A stretch of 64,000 bases of DNA from Desulfatiglandales bacterium. GTDB lineage: Bacteria; Desulfobacterota; DSM-4660; Desulfatiglandales; Desulfatiglandaceae. The stretch is taken from assembly GCA_963662465.1 (NCBI GenBank), contig OY759599.1:2304001-2368000 (forward strand), in the 5' to 3' direction. The notes under the pieces were generated by a model. That model was not told where the DNA came from, searched no databases, and worked only from the letters and a program-made list of their open reading frames with translations. This document shows, one piece after another, positions 48,615 through 58,904 of the stretch; positions within the stretch are counted from its first letter, which is position 1, and each line of letters starts with the position of its first letter. Made by a program: the position numbers and the translations under genes.

Positions 48615-50156
48615 CTACCGATACCGTTTTGAATCAATACTATATTTTTGCACCTTATAGCCAAAAATACGTTCCGTGGTCTTCAAGGCCAAGGCCGCCT
48701 GCCGCATGTTGCCGCGACTGTTTTTGAGGGCTTCCATGAGCAACTCCTTCTCAAAACGATCCACAGCATCTTTCAACGACTGGGATTGCTGGGTGCCCGT
48801 CTCTTTTGCCGTCTGCAAGGTCGGCGGCAGGTGATAGCTGTGAAGCACCTGGTCTTCACATAACAGCACGGCCCTTTCAATACAGTTTTCCAGCTCCCTG
48901 ACATTGCCGGGCCAATGATACTGGGTTAGCGCATCAATGGCCGGCGTGGAAATTCGTTTAATATCTTTCTCATACTCGGCGGCATATTTTTCAAGAAAGT
49001 AGTCCGCCAGCAAAAGCAGATCCGCTTCTCTTTCCCTTAACGCCGGCAAATAGATGGGGTACACATTCAACCGGTAAAACAAGTCCTCCCGAAAATCCCC
49101 ATCCTCCACGGCTTGCGCCAGATCCCCATTGGTGGCGGCCACCAGACGGACATTCACCTTAATGGTTCGTGTCCCACCCAGTCGTTCGAACTCCTTTTCC
49201 TGAAGCACTCTCAGCAACTTGCCCTGGCTTTCCAGGGCAAGGGATCCAATTTCATCCAGAAAAATGGTTCCCTTATCCGCCAGTTCAAACTTCCCCGGCT
49301 TGGTACGGTTAGCCCCGGTAAACGCCCCTTTTTCATAACCGAACACCTCCGCTTCAACCAGGTTGGCCGGAAGCGCCGCACAGTTCACTTTAACCATCGG
49401 TTGACCGGCACGCAAGCTGTTGTAGTGGATGGCATTGGCGGCAAGCTCTTTTCCCGTCCCGCTTTCACCCAGCAACAGCACATTGGCATTGCTTTTGGCC
49501 ACCTGGCTGATCAGGTAGAAAACCTCCTGCATTTTGCGGCTGTTGCCCACAATATTGGTGAAGCTGTATTTCTTGTTCAGCTCTTTTCTGAGTCTGAGAT
49601 TCTCTTCCTGAAGCTGGTCCTTCTCTCTACGAATCCTTTCCAGCAACGCCACTTTCTGAGCGATGAGCGTACTGATAACACTCAACAACCTGACATCATC
49701 TTCCAGGGTCGATGTTTCTTCGTAGGGACAATCGGCGCTCAGTGCCCCAATAACCCGGGTCTCATCTTTGATGGGAACGCACAGAAAAGATATTTTGGAA
49801 TGATCAATGCCGCTTCTGGCGCCGGTTCTATCCAGAAAAAGCGGCTCGTCGTCAATCTGAGGCACCACCATGGGTCTGCCCGCCTTGATGACGCGTCCCG
49901 TTATGCCCTCGCCCAACTTGTATTTACCCTTGGTCCTTTCCGATTCGGAAATGCCGTGGGCCACTTCAATATGGATCTGGGAGGTCTCGGGATTCAAGAG
50001 CGTAATGGACCCCCGATTCATCCCCAGATGTTCCGAAAGCAATTCAAGGACCTTGTACAAAGTCTTTTGGAGGTCCATGGTTGCATGAATGGCCTTGGTA
50101 ATTTCATACAGGCAGGTGATCTCGCCGGGCGTGTGGTTCCCCGATTGAGCAGGCAT
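48615..50156 (-). CDS. NifA-like GAF-AAA-HTH sigma54-dependent activator
   Basis: GAF ([17 protein letters not shown]), [22 protein letters not shown]. Confidence 0.9.
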   Translation of the reverse strand: MPAQSGNHTPGEITCLYEITKAIHATMDLQKTLYKVLELLSEHLGMNRGSITLLNPETSQIHIEVAHGISESERTKGKYKLGEGITGRVIKAGRPMVVPQIDDEPLFLDRTGARSGIDHSKISFLCVPIKDETRVIGALSADCPYEETSTLEDDVRLLSVISTLIAQKVALLERIRREKDQLQEENLRLRKELNKKYSFTNIVGNSRKMQEVFYLISQVAKSNANVLLLGESGTGKELAANAIHYNSLRAGQPMVKVNCAALPANLVEAEVFGYEKGAFTGANRTKPGKFELADKGTIFLDEIGSLALESQGKLLRVLQEKEFERLGGTRTIKVNVRLVAATNGDLAQAVEDGDFREDLFYRLNVYPIYLPALREREADLLLLADYFLEKYAAEYEKDIKRISTPAIDALTQYHWPGNVRELENCIERAVLLCEDQVLHSYHLPPTLQTAKETGTQQSQSLKDAVDRFEKELLMEALKNSRGNMRQAALALKTTERIFGYKVQKYSIDSKRYR

Positions 50157-50211
50157 AGAAAATTCTCCGAATTATACAATGATTGCCGTAATCCACATCC
50201 GCCGAGGTCTT

Positions 50212-50802
50212 TTAAGGCCGCACATTCCAGTCAATTTTATCATGAATGCCTTTCCAGTCCGTAACGGTCTGGAAGGGGTGGGGTTTACGGTTCCAGGGTT
50301 GTTCAAAAACGATGGGCGTAATGTCCCGTTCATGTATAAGATAGCAGGTATCCAGTCGGTCTTCCACAAAATATTTAACGCCATAGTTCAGAAGAACCGG
50401 CAGTTTTTCCAAGTGATTTCCGGTGGCTTCAAGACACACGGTTCCAACATTTGGAAATCCCATTGTCTGCCGCAACCACACCATGATTGCATCCTTCTCA
50501 GGTCTTGCCGTCACAAAGAGTACGGAACCCATCTCCAGAAGACGATTCAGCACCCCTTTTGCACCCGCAATGGGTTTTATTCCCATGCCCAAAGGATCTT
50601 CCAGGATTTTTCGGATGATTTCGTCACTGACGGCATCATCGATATCCACTACTTTTCTAAAATCATATTCCGTAATGGCATCATATTCTATTTCAATGCC
50701 ATAATCATTTCGGGCCATTTCCACAAAGGACCGAAAGGTATCCGCAATGACCCCATCGATATCAAAAGCCAATTCACGGGGTCTTATTTTTCCATTATTC
50801 AA
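50212..50802 (-). CDS. HAD-superfamily hydrolase (5'-nucleotidase-like)
   Basis: FDIDGVIAD, VTAR, FVEDR, QPWN. Confidence 0.8.
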   Translation of the reverse strand: MNNGKIRPRELAFDIDGVIADTFRSFVEMARNDYGIEIEYDAITEYDFRKVVDIDDAVSDEIIRKILEDPLGMGIKPIAGAKGVLNRLLEMGSVLFVTARPEKDAIMVWLRQTMGFPNVGTVCLEATGNHLEKLPVLLNYGVKYFVEDRLDTCYLIHERDITPIVFEQPWNRKPHPFQTVTDWKGIHDKIDWNVRP

Positions 50803-50834
50803 ATTGAAAATTCCTTTCCGGCAAGCGGTAACCG

Positions 50835-51362
50835 TTACTTCATCCCGATGAAACCGGCAATCGCTTTTCGATGCTCCAAAATCCCCTCTCGATAGCGAAG
50901 GCAGCGAAAATCGCGAAAGAGATTCAGCAGCTCATTGTGTTCCAAAAGATGTTTAGGATTTCTGGGCCTGCCGAATTGGGCCTGATCAACGATATAGGTT
51001 TCATAGACCAGCATGCCACCCGTGCGAAGCGCAGCCTTCAGGGCCGGCATAAGAGGCCGATAGAGGTAGTTAAAACATATAATAAGGTCGTAAGCGTCTT
51101 TTTCAATAAAAACGTCTTTCTCGAGGTCTTTCAATCGAGCCGTTAAGCGAACTCCGGATTGCCGGGCCAATGCCTTGGCAGCCTCCAGGGCTTCAGCGGA
51201 AATATCAACACCTTCCACTTCAAATCCCCGCCCCGCGAGATAAACCGCGTTCCGCCCCCGCCCCATGGCCACATCCAGGGCGCACCCTTTTGGCAGCAGA
51301 TCAATATTTTCCACCAGGAAAGCGGAAGGCGCACCGCCCCGGTGGTGAACATGGGCCATCAT
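50835..51362 (-). CDS. Class I SAM-dependent methyltransferase (TehB-like)
   Basis: ALDVAMGRGRN, GVDIS. Confidence 0.85.
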   Translation of the reverse strand: MMAHVHHRGGAPSAFLVENIDLLPKGCALDVAMGRGRNAVYLAGRGFEVEGVDISAEALEAAKALARQSGVRLTARLKDLEKDVFIEKDAYDLIICFNYLYRPLMPALKAALRTGGMLVYETYIVDQAQFGRPRNPKHLLEHNELLNLFRDFRCLRYREGILEHRKAIAGFIGMK

Positions 51363-51388
51363 CGATCATTCTCCAGACCCAAAACGTC

Positions 51389-52807
51389 TCATTTCTTGAC
51401 CGCCTCCCGGGCCTTTGTCATTTCATCTTTGGTGGTCCATCCGCCGCCCAGGGCTTTGTACAGCTTGACATAACCATTCAGGTATTGCTGCTTCAGCTCG
51501 GACAGTTCCAGTTGGGCCGAAAACAGGGTACGTTCCGTCTCCAGAACCTCCAGATAAGTGCTGACCCCTTTGTCGTACCGGAGCTTTGCCAATCGATAGG
51601 CGTTTTGGGCGGCCGTTTCTTTTCTTTTAACGGCCGCCATCTGCTCTTGATAGGTATTAATTTCGACCAGGGAGTCCTCAACTTCTCTAAACGCGGTCAG
51701 CACCGTATTTTCATAAAAATACAAGACCTCTCTGGTTTTCGATTCCTCAATTTCAACACGCCTGACATTTTTGTAAAACTCAAAAACAGGTCCGAACAGA
51801 CCCCCATTGACCGACCAGGCGCCGCCCTGGGAGATAAGGCCCGAAAGCTCGCTGCTGGCAAGGCCCAGCATACCGGTCAATGAGATGGCCGGAAAACGCA
51901 TGGCCTCAGCCACCCCGATGTTGGCGGTTTGGGATTCCAGCAGATACAGGGCCTGGACAATATCCGGCCGCCGCTCCAGAAGAGTGGACGGGAGACCCAT
52001 GGGAACCGTTGGCGGCGGTGTTTCAAGGTTTAGCCCTTTACCCGTCTTGACAGGCTCGGGAAGCTTCCCCAACAAAATACTGAGGGCATTTTCCGTCTGG
52101 GCCACGGACCGTTCATACTGCGGAATAGCAGCCGCGGCAATCTCTTTCTGGATCTGGGCCTGGTTAACGTCCAGCTCGGGAATAATCCCCCGATCAAACC
52201 GCTTTTGGATGATGTTAAGGCTCTCCTCCCGGGATTCAAGGGTATCTTTGGATATCTTCACCCGCTGGTGATAATCCAGCAGTAGATAATAAGATCCCAC
52301 CACTGCCGAGATCAACCCAATCTGAACCGTCCTGAGCCCGTATTCCGAGGCCATCAGCTGCGCCCTGGCGGACTCCGTGGCCCTGCGAAATTTGCCCCAG
52401 AAATCCAGTTCCCAACTGAGTGTCGGACCCGCATAGTAACTGCTGTTCCGGGTATCGGACCGTGTACTTCCGGCAAAATTGCCCGTGCCGGCGCCGGCTT
52501 TCATATAGAAACCGGGATATTGGTCCGCCTGGGTAAATCCCAGATAAGCACGGGCCTGTTCCACTCGGGTTGCGGCAATTTTCAAGTCCTTGTTATTTGA
52601 GAGCGCCTGGCTCACAAGGGTGTAAAGGACGGGGTCATCAAACAATTCCCACCATTTCAGGTTGATCATGGTTTCCACTGGAACTTTATCAAACCGGTAG
52701 TTTTTGGGCGTCTCCACCACCGGGGGCTTGAAATCCGGCCCCATGGCGCAGCCTGAAAGAAAGAAAAAAACCAATATGCCGGCTATTTTAATTGTTTTTT
52801 TCATCAC
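51389..52807 (-). CDS. RND efflux outer membrane lipoprotein (NodT/OprM family)
   Basis: Lipobox LSGC, WELDFWG, LLERRPDI, LYKALGGGW. Confidence 0.93.
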   Translation of the reverse strand: MMKKTIKIAGILVFFFLSGCAMGPDFKPPVVETPKNYRFDKVPVETMINLKWWELFDDPVLYTLVSQALSNNKDLKIAATRVEQARAYLGFTQADQYPGFYMKAGAGTGNFAGSTRSDTRNSSYYAGPTLSWELDFWGKFRRATESARAQLMASEYGLRTVQIGLISAVVGSYYLLLDYHQRVKISKDTLESREESLNIIQKRFDRGIIPELDVNQAQIQKEIAAAAIPQYERSVAQTENALSILLGKLPEPVKTGKGLNLETPPPTVPMGLPSTLLERRPDIVQALYLLESQTANIGVAEAMRFPAISLTGMLGLASSELSGLISQGGAWSVNGGLFGPVFEFYKNVRRVEIEESKTREVLYFYENTVLTAFREVEDSLVEINTYQEQMAAVKRKETAAQNAYRLAKLRYDKGVSTYLEVLETERTLFSAQLELSELKQQYLNGYVKLYKALGGGWTTKDEMTKAREAVKK

Positions 52808-55800
52808 ACCAACTTTCCCTCACCCTTCTGAAGGTCGCGTTTCTTTTCGTAACGGGCGATTTTACCCACCATCACAAACAGCATGGGATAAAAGAAAACC
52901 CCCAGCAATGTGGCCAGCGTCATCCCTCCCAACAAGGCCATGCCCATGACGATTCTGGCTTCAGAGCCCGCGCCCGAGGCCACCACCAGGGGCAACACCC
53001 CCAGAATAAAAGAAAATGCCGTCATCAATATGGGCCTGAAACGCAGTCTTGCGGATTTCACCGCCGCATCAAACAGGGAAAGTCCCTTGTCAAACTCCAG
53101 TTTGGCAAACTCCACGATGAGAATGGCGTTCTTGGCCGCCATGGCAATCAACATCACCAGTGCGATCTGACCAAAGATATTGAGTTCGTAGCTCTCACTG
53201 TACAACCGCGCCACATACAGGGCCAGGAAGGCGCCGAAGATGGCAAAGGGCGTTCCCAATAGAATACTGAAGGGCAACGACCAGCTTTCATACTGGGCCG
53301 CCAGAATCAAAAACACGAAAACCAGGGAAAAAACAAAGACCATGGACCCCGTGCCGGCGGATTTTTTCTCCTGAAAGCTCATATTGCTCCACTCATACCC
53401 CATACCGTCCGACAACACCTCGGCGGCTACTTCCTCCAGAGCCGCCATGGCCTGGGTGGAGGTATATCCTTTGGCCGGACTCCCGGTCAACTCGACGGCG
53501 CGGTAGAGATTGAAGCGGTTGGTGAAATCGGGGCCCACAATATCCTTTATGTTCACAAAAGTGGACAGGGGAACACTCATCCCCTGATTGTTGTTCACAT
53601 AAAACAGATTGACCTGGCTTTCCTTAAGCCGATATTGGGGTTCAGCCTGAACATACACCTTGTAAAGTCTTCCGAATCGATTGAAATCATTCACATAGGC
53701 GCCGCCCAGAAAAGCCCCGGTGGTGGTGTAGATATCGTTTAAGCTTACCCCCGCTTTCAAGGCCTTGTCCTTGTTGATTTCCATATACCGCTGGGGCACA
53801 TTGGCCCGAAAGGTGGTAAAAATGGCGCCGATTTCAGGCCGCTTCATGGCCGCTTGAATAAATTTGTCGGACTGCTCCCCCAGATAAGCGGCGGAAACCC
53901 CTCCCTTGTCCTGAATCATCAACGTGAAACCGGAACCGCTCCCCAAACCGGGAATCGCGGGCGGTCCAAAAGCAAACACCTGAGCCTCGTTGATATTCAT
54001 ATAGAAATCCACATTCAGCTGCGCCACCAGTTCATTGGCCGTAATCTTCCTGAGCCCCCAATCCTTGAGGGAAACGAAGATAAAACCCGAATTGGAACTC
54101 ATGCTGCCCGAAAGCATGCTGAAACCGGTGGCCGTGGTGATGAATTCCACCTGGTCATATTTCCCGATGATTTCTTCTACTTTCCTAGATACCGCGTCGG
54201 ACCGTTGCAGGGATGCCGCATCGGGCAACTGGATATTGACCATGAGGTACCCCATGTCCTCTTCGGGCATAAATCCCCCGGGAATCAATATTCCCAGATA
54301 TCCCATGGCCCCGGTGAGAATCAGGATAAACACCACACCCATGGCAATTCTTCGAGCGATGACCTTTGTAAACCACACATACCCATTGGTGGATTTCTCA
54401 AAAACCTTATTGAACAATCTGAAAAAGGCGCCCAGAGGGCCTCGCATGGGCTTTTGTTTTCGGAGCAACAACGCGCACAGAGCCGGACTCAGGGTCAATG
54501 CGTTCACAGACGAAAAGAGTACCGACACGGCCACGGTAATGGCAAACTGCTGGTAGAGACTCCCTGTGATGCCCCCCATGATCGCCACCGGAATAAATAC
54601 CGCCACCAGCACCAGGGTGGTGGCGATGACGGGCGCCGTCACCTCCTCCATGGCTCTGAAGGTGGCGGTCTTGGGGTCCATGCCGTTTTCAATGTTAACC
54701 TGAACCGCTTCCACCACAATGATGGCGTCATCCACCACAATGCCGATGGCCAGCACCAATCCCAGTAGAGACAACACGTTAATGGTGAATCCGATGACGG
54801 GAAATATAATAAAGGCTCCCACCAGGGACACGGGAATAGCAATGGTGGGGATCAGGGCCGCTCGCCAATCCTGGATAAAAATGAAAACCACCAGGATCAC
54901 CAGGGCCAGGGCGATAAAGAGGGTTTCGATGATTTCATCAATGCCTGCAGTGATGGCCAGGGTGGTATCCAGGGAGATATCATACCGGAGGCTTTCGGGA
55001 AAAGACCCGGAAAGTTCCTCCATGGTTTCTTTGACTTTTGCGGCCAATTCCACCGCATTGGAACCGGGGGCCTGGTATACGGCGATCATGGCGCAAGAAC
55101 TGTTGTTGAGACGGGTGAAGGCGTTATAGGTCTCAACACCCAGTTCCACCCGGGCCACATGCTTGATCTTGACCTGAGCCCCGGCCTCGGTGGTTCGAAT
55201 TACCACTTCACCGAATTCTTTTTCAGATTGCAAGCGCTCCGGCAACCGCACCGTGTAGGTAAATTCCGTTCCCGGCGGCGCCGGTTCCGCACCGAACTTG
55301 CCGCCGGGAACGATGACGCTCTGGGCGCGAATCGCATCCATGATTTCCGGAACCGTAACGCCCATCTGGCTCAATCGATCCGGCTTGATCCAGATGCGCA
55401 TGGAGTAATCGCTGGCGCCGATCACGTTCACCCGCCCAATCCCCTTGATGCGCGCCAGGATGTCCTTGATGTTAATAAGGGCGTAATTTCCCAGGAAATG
55501 CTGATTAAAACGCCCACCTTCCGAAGTGACGGCAATGAGCATGAGGATATTGGGAAGGGATTTCTCGGTGGTCACCCCGTACCGCTTCACCTCCTCGGGG
55601 AGTTTTGCGGTAGCCGCGGCCACCCGGTTCTGGGTAAACACGGTGTTCATATCCGGGTCAGTGCCGATGTCAAAGGACGTCTGAATGGTCATGGTGCCAT
55701 CATTGGCATTGATGGACTTCATGTAAATCATATTGTCGACGCCGTTGATCTGCTGCTCGAGCGGCGTGGCCACGGACTGTTCCACGCTGATACTATCGGC

Positions 55801-56052
55801 CCCGGTATAGGTGGCACGCACTTCCACGATGGGGGGGGTGATATTGGGGTATTGTTCGATAGGCAAGGCTTTCAGAAACACCAGCCCCGCAATCACCGTT
55901 ATAATGGCAATCACCATGGCCACAATGGGACGTCTGACGAAAAAATTACCCTTTTCTGCCGGGTCTGTTTGATCCGTCTGATCCACCCGATCTGTCTGAT
56001 CGGTCTGATCCGCCTGAGCTGTCCGATCTGATCGCTTTAATTGATCCGCCAT
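52804..56052 (-). CDS. RND efflux permease (HAE1, AcrB-like)
   Basis: FFVRRPI, GIVVDDAIIVVE, AKNAILIVEFA, RFRPILMT. Confidence 0.95.
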   Translation of the reverse strand: MADQLKRSDRTAQADQTDQTDRVDQTDQTDPAEKGNFFVRRPIVAMVIAIITVIAGLVFLKALPIEQYPNITPPIVEVRATYTGADSISVEQSVATPLEQQINGVDNMIYMKSINANDGTMTIQTSFDIGTDPDMNTVFTQNRVAAATAKLPEEVKRYGVTTEKSLPNILMLIAVTSEGGRFNQHFLGNYALINIKDILARIKGIGRVNVIGASDYSMRIWIKPDRLSQMGVTVPEIMDAIRAQSVIVPGGKFGAEPAPPGTEFTYTVRLPERLQSEKEFGEVVIRTTEAGAQVKIKHVARVELGVETYNAFTRLNNSSCAMIAVYQAPGSNAVELAAKVKETMEELSGSFPESLRYDISLDTTLAITAGIDEIIETLFIALALVILVVFIFIQDWRAALIPTIAIPVSLVGAFIIFPVIGFTINVLSLLGLVLAIGIVVDDAIIVVEAVQVNIENGMDPKTATFRAMEEVTAPVIATTLVLVAVFIPVAIMGGITGSLYQQFAITVAVSVLFSSVNALTLSPALCALLLRKQKPMRGPLGAFFRLFNKVFEKSTNGYVWFTKVIARRIAMGVVFILILTGAMGYLGILIPGGFMPEEDMGYLMVNIQLPDAASLQRSDAVSRKVEEIIGKYDQVEFITTATGFSMLSGSMSSNSGFIFVSLKDWGLRKITANELVAQLNVDFYMNINEAQVFAFGPPAIPGLGSGSGFTLMIQDKGGVSAAYLGEQSDKFIQAAMKRPEIGAIFTTFRANVPQRYMEINKDKALKAGVSLNDIYTTTGAFLGGAYVNDFNRFGRLYKVYVQAEPQYRLKESQVNLFYVNNNQGMSVPLSTFVNIKDIVGPDFTNRFNLYRAVELTGSPAKGYTSTQAMAALEEVAAEVLSDGMGYEWSNMSFQEKKSAGTGSMVFVFSLVFVFLILAAQYESWSLPFSILLGTPFAIFGAFLALYVARLYSESYELNIFGQIALVMLIAMAAKNAILIVEFAKLEFDKGLSLFDAAVKSARLRFRPILMTAFSFILGVLPLVVASGAGSEARIVMGMALLGGMTLATLLGVFFYPMLFVMVGKIARYEKKRDLQKGEGKLV

Positions 56053-57215
56053 TATTTCTTTTCTTCACCCGACAAGGGAATATCCACAACCTCAGCTTCC
56101 ACAACGGTTCCATCTTTCACTTTCTGCAACCCTTCATACACCACCTTTTCCCCCGCTTTCAACCCTTCCCGAATCAGCCAGAAGGATTCGATTTTGGGTC
56201 CCGCCTTGACTTCTTTGGCCTGAATTTTATTTTCAGCGCCCACCACATAAACACTGAAGGTTCCCTGAAGCTCCATTACGCACCGCTGAGGGATTAAAAT
56301 ACCCTCCTTTACCACCTCGACCTCCGCCCTCACCTTGGCAAACTGACCCGGGCGAAGCAGTTCATCGGGATTGGGAAAAGAGGCCTGGATCAGAAGGGCG
56401 CCGGTGCCGGGATCCACCTCCCGGTTAACGAAATCCCCCTTCCCCCTGTGGGCATAAACGGAACCATCGGACAAAATCAATTCAAGATCAGCTTTTTCCG
56501 TATTATCGACCTTACCGGCATCGACATCCGCCATATGGCGCCGCATGAACATCAGGTACTGGGATTCCGTAATAAAAAACTGCACCAGCACCGTATCAAT
56601 GCGAGAAACCATATTCAGAATGATGGGACTCGGCGATCGCCCTACAAAATCTCCCACCTTGGCTTTTGTTTTACCGATAATCCCGGATATGGGAGAATAA
56701 ATCTTGGTATATCCCAATTGAATGTTTGCGGCCCGGAGATTGGCTTTTGCCGCCTTAACCGACGAGATGCCAACCTCGTATGTGGCCACGGCAGAATCCA
56801 GATCGCTCTGACTGACCGCTTTTTCCTCAGCCAGCGGCTTAATCCGGTTCAGATAGGTCTCCGCCTCGGTTTTAACCGTTTCAGCGCCGGCAACGCCGCT
56901 CATCTTGGCCGCCACATCCGCTTCGAACTGCTGGCTTTCCAGGGTGTAGAGCAGCATCCCCTTCTTTACCGGAGATCCCTCTTCAAAATGGATGCCCTCC
57001 AGATAGCCCTCCACCCGTGCCGAAATGGCAATGTCCTTAAATCCATAAACCTGGCCCACAAATTCCTGGTAGATGGGCACGTCACTGGCTTCAGTCTGGT
57101 ACACGACCACTTTCGGGGGGGGTGGTGGGGCTTGTTCCGCTTCCTCCTTAATAACACATGAAAGCAGGCCAATGAACAGAATACATAGAAAACTCAGTTC
57201 TACATTTTTTTTCAT
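56052..57215 (-). CDS. RND efflux periplasmic adaptor (MFP)
   Basis: Lipobox LLSC, ARVEGYL, IYSPISG, LRPGQF. Confidence 0.93.
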   Translation of the reverse strand: MKKNVELSFLCILFIGLLSCVIKEEAEQAPPPPPKVVVYQTEASDVPIYQEFVGQVYGFKDIAISARVEGYLEGIHFEEGSPVKKGMLLYTLESQQFEADVAAKMSGVAGAETVKTEAETYLNRIKPLAEEKAVSQSDLDSAVATYEVGISSVKAAKANLRAANIQLGYTKIYSPISGIIGKTKAKVGDFVGRSPSPIILNMVSRIDTVLVQFFITESQYLMFMRRHMADVDAGKVDNTEKADLELILSDGSVYAHRGKGDFVNREVDPGTGALLIQASFPNPDELLRPGQFAKVRAEVEVVKEGILIPQRCVMELQGTFSVYVVGAENKIQAKEVKAGPKIESFWLIREGLKAGEKVVYEGLQKVKDGTVVEAEVVDIPLSGEEKK

Positions 57216-57341
57216 TTTATTCGTCTTCTCGGTTTGAATAAGGATATGAGGTGCGAATCTTCATTTTGGAAAAAAGCGTCGATATCTATTTTTTCGTTTC
57301 ATTAATATCGTAGTATCTGGTAATTTACCAGGAAAAATTCA

Positions 57342-57482
57342 CAGCAATTCTCATTATGCCCATAGTGTGGGAAAGACATACCTTTTTACAGGCATTTTCG
57401 ACCCAAAAGTGTCAACATTGACCTCGTTTACTACCGGAAGTGGAGAGTTTTCCCATCGCAAAGTCCAAAATGAGAATTGCTG
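57342..57482. mobile_element. MITE (141 bp) with 14-bp perfect TIRs and 9-bp target-site duplication
   Basis: CAGCAATTCTCATT ... AATGAGAATTGCTG, flanked on both sides by AAAAATTCA (57333-57341 and 57483-57491). Confidence 0.8.
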
Positions 57483-57660
57483 AAAAATTCAGCATCCTTC
57501 ATTTTTCGGTTTACACTTTTGCCCCTATCTACCTCGCTTCCAAGCATGAAAACTCCCCTGTGGAACGGCGTACCGTCGCGACAGCTGTTGCCGTAACCTT
57601 GTCGCCCGACTTGCCAAACCCGGCAGGTTTTAAAAGAAAGGACGACAGGGGGACTTGCGC

Positions 57661-58018
57661 CTCATTGAAAGAACCGCCATAAGTAACGTCCAAGCGCGAG
57701 ATAAAGACCTCAACGATTTCATGCCCAACAGAAAAGATGTCCGGAATCCAAGGGCAGAGTACATGCTGAAAGCTTTCGAATATGTGGTGCAAGGCCAAAT
57801 GGTGCTCCCTGACGGTAAAACATGCGGGTTTGTTTCTGAATTGAAACCGCTTCAAAGGGATATCCTGAAGATTCTGGAAATACCTTCACGCTGTTTTTCT
57901 TACGAATACCTCTTTGAAGCCGGGTGACCCATGAAAATCAAACTCATTCCAGCAGTGGTGCAAAAAAAGGTAAAAGCAAAAATTGGAAAACAACTTTTTT
58001 AAAAGAGCGAAATGTGAG
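57661..58018 (+). mobile_element. IS1634-like transposase C-terminal remnant with right end
   Basis: LIERT...MPNRK..RNPRAEYMLKAF...LKPLQRDILKILEIP resembles IS1634-family C-termini; GCGAAATGTGAG end-like sequence at 58007-58018. Confidence 0.65.
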
Positions 58019-58125
58019 TAAAATCAAAGCCATTTTTTGTAATATGCCTGAAATCGCTTCTGAACAGGTTTCCGATCCAGAAAATGCTGAAAACGCGCTA
58101 TGATGTCTGGCGGAACTGGAATCAT
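58019..58125 (-). pseudogene. intI: N-terminal stub of a long-form integron integrase
   Basis: MIPVPPDIIARFQHFLDRKPVQKRFQAYYKKWL*FY resembles the N-terminal extension (YxKWLRYYLDFC) of deltaproteobacterial integron integrases; divergent from the cassette array; cut at the IS end. Confidence 0.55.
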
Positions 58126-58272
58126 GATATGCCCGCCTATTGGACGTTCAATATTACAAATACGCGTATTATACATATCGCAGAAACCATGCCATTGATC
58201 TTCGTCAATAATGATTTCATGCCGGCTTTCAACCTGCAAATCATAATGAGCCTCAGAGAAAAAGCAGGACAT

Positions 58273-58487
58273 TAGCAATTCTCATTTTGGAATTTCGATT
58301 TCCTCATCCTGGCTCACACGCTCTATGTTGAACCCGCCTCTGGACGATCTGCGTCCTAAACCATGAATATACCATATTTAAAACAGTTTTTTTCGAGTTT
58401 GCCGCCAGACGCGGAGCGTCCAAAAACTATTCCCACATTAGAACGTATGAACGAGAGCGAAAACCAAGTCCCTAATGAGAATCGCTA
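58273..58487. mobile_element. Second MITE-like element of the same TIR family, containing a degenerate REP doublet
   Basis: TAGCAATTCTCATT ... AATGAGAATCGCTA; internal GGACGATCTGCGTC / GACGCGGAGCGTCC inverted pair; no TSD seen. Confidence 0.6.
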
Positions 58488-58609
58488 ATAAAATATTTAG
58501 CAGAATATAAAAATATTGCCCTTGCGTTTTTGCCTCAAATAATTTACAAAATATAAATTTCAGAGGGAGATTGGTTCGATTTTGTCGGATAACATGCGGG
58601 AACGGATAT

Positions 58610-58645
58610 TTGATGACAAAAAAACTGTATAATCATTGGTTGAAC
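58610..58645 (+). other. Candidate attI site
   Basis: GTATAAT-CATTG-GTTGAAC; R box GTTGAAC (58639-58645) nearly complements R'' GATCAAC of the next attC; lies between intI stub and first attC. Confidence 0.5.
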
Positions 58646-58718
58646 AGACCGCTACGCGGGGAGAGGGGCAAAAGCTACAATCTCCAATCGCAGAAACCGT
58701 GCCAAGAAAGAAAAAAAA

Positions 58719-58850
58719 GATCAACCAGCCGTTCAAGTCGGATATTTTCCGTCCCAAAAAATGCAATAAACATCATTTACCCGTGAACACGTCATTTGCT
58801 CACAGGCAATTTTTGGGCCGGAAAATTACCGCTTAACTAAATCGTTGGGC
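58719..58850 (+). other. attC site 1 (132 bp)
   Basis: R'' GATCAAC, spacer CAGCC, L'' GTTCAAGT-CGG, stem ATTTTCCGTCCCAAAAAATGC/GCAATTTTTGGGCCGGAAAAT, L' CC-GCTTAAC, spacer TAAATC, R' GTTGGGC; unpaired extra base in L''. Confidence 0.85.
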
Positions 58851-58904
58851 TAAGCCGCTAAATGACTTGACCCACCGATATTGCCAAATGAAAGGAGAAA
58901 AGCT

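Noticed and set aside
48615..50156. Calling the activator nifA and inferring nitrogen fixation
   Set aside because: GAF-AAA-HTH architecture is shared by many activators; no nif genes in the window.
57529..57660. Rest of the intI gene or a structured RNA (CCCCTGT/ACAGGGG stem)
   Set aside because: No tyrosine-recombinase motifs in the minus-strand translation; a 7-bp stem alone is too weak.
58560..58836. Short ORFs 58560-58766, 58571-58786 and 58636-58836
   Set aside because: They run through attI/attC sequence and lack an RBS or recognisable motifs.
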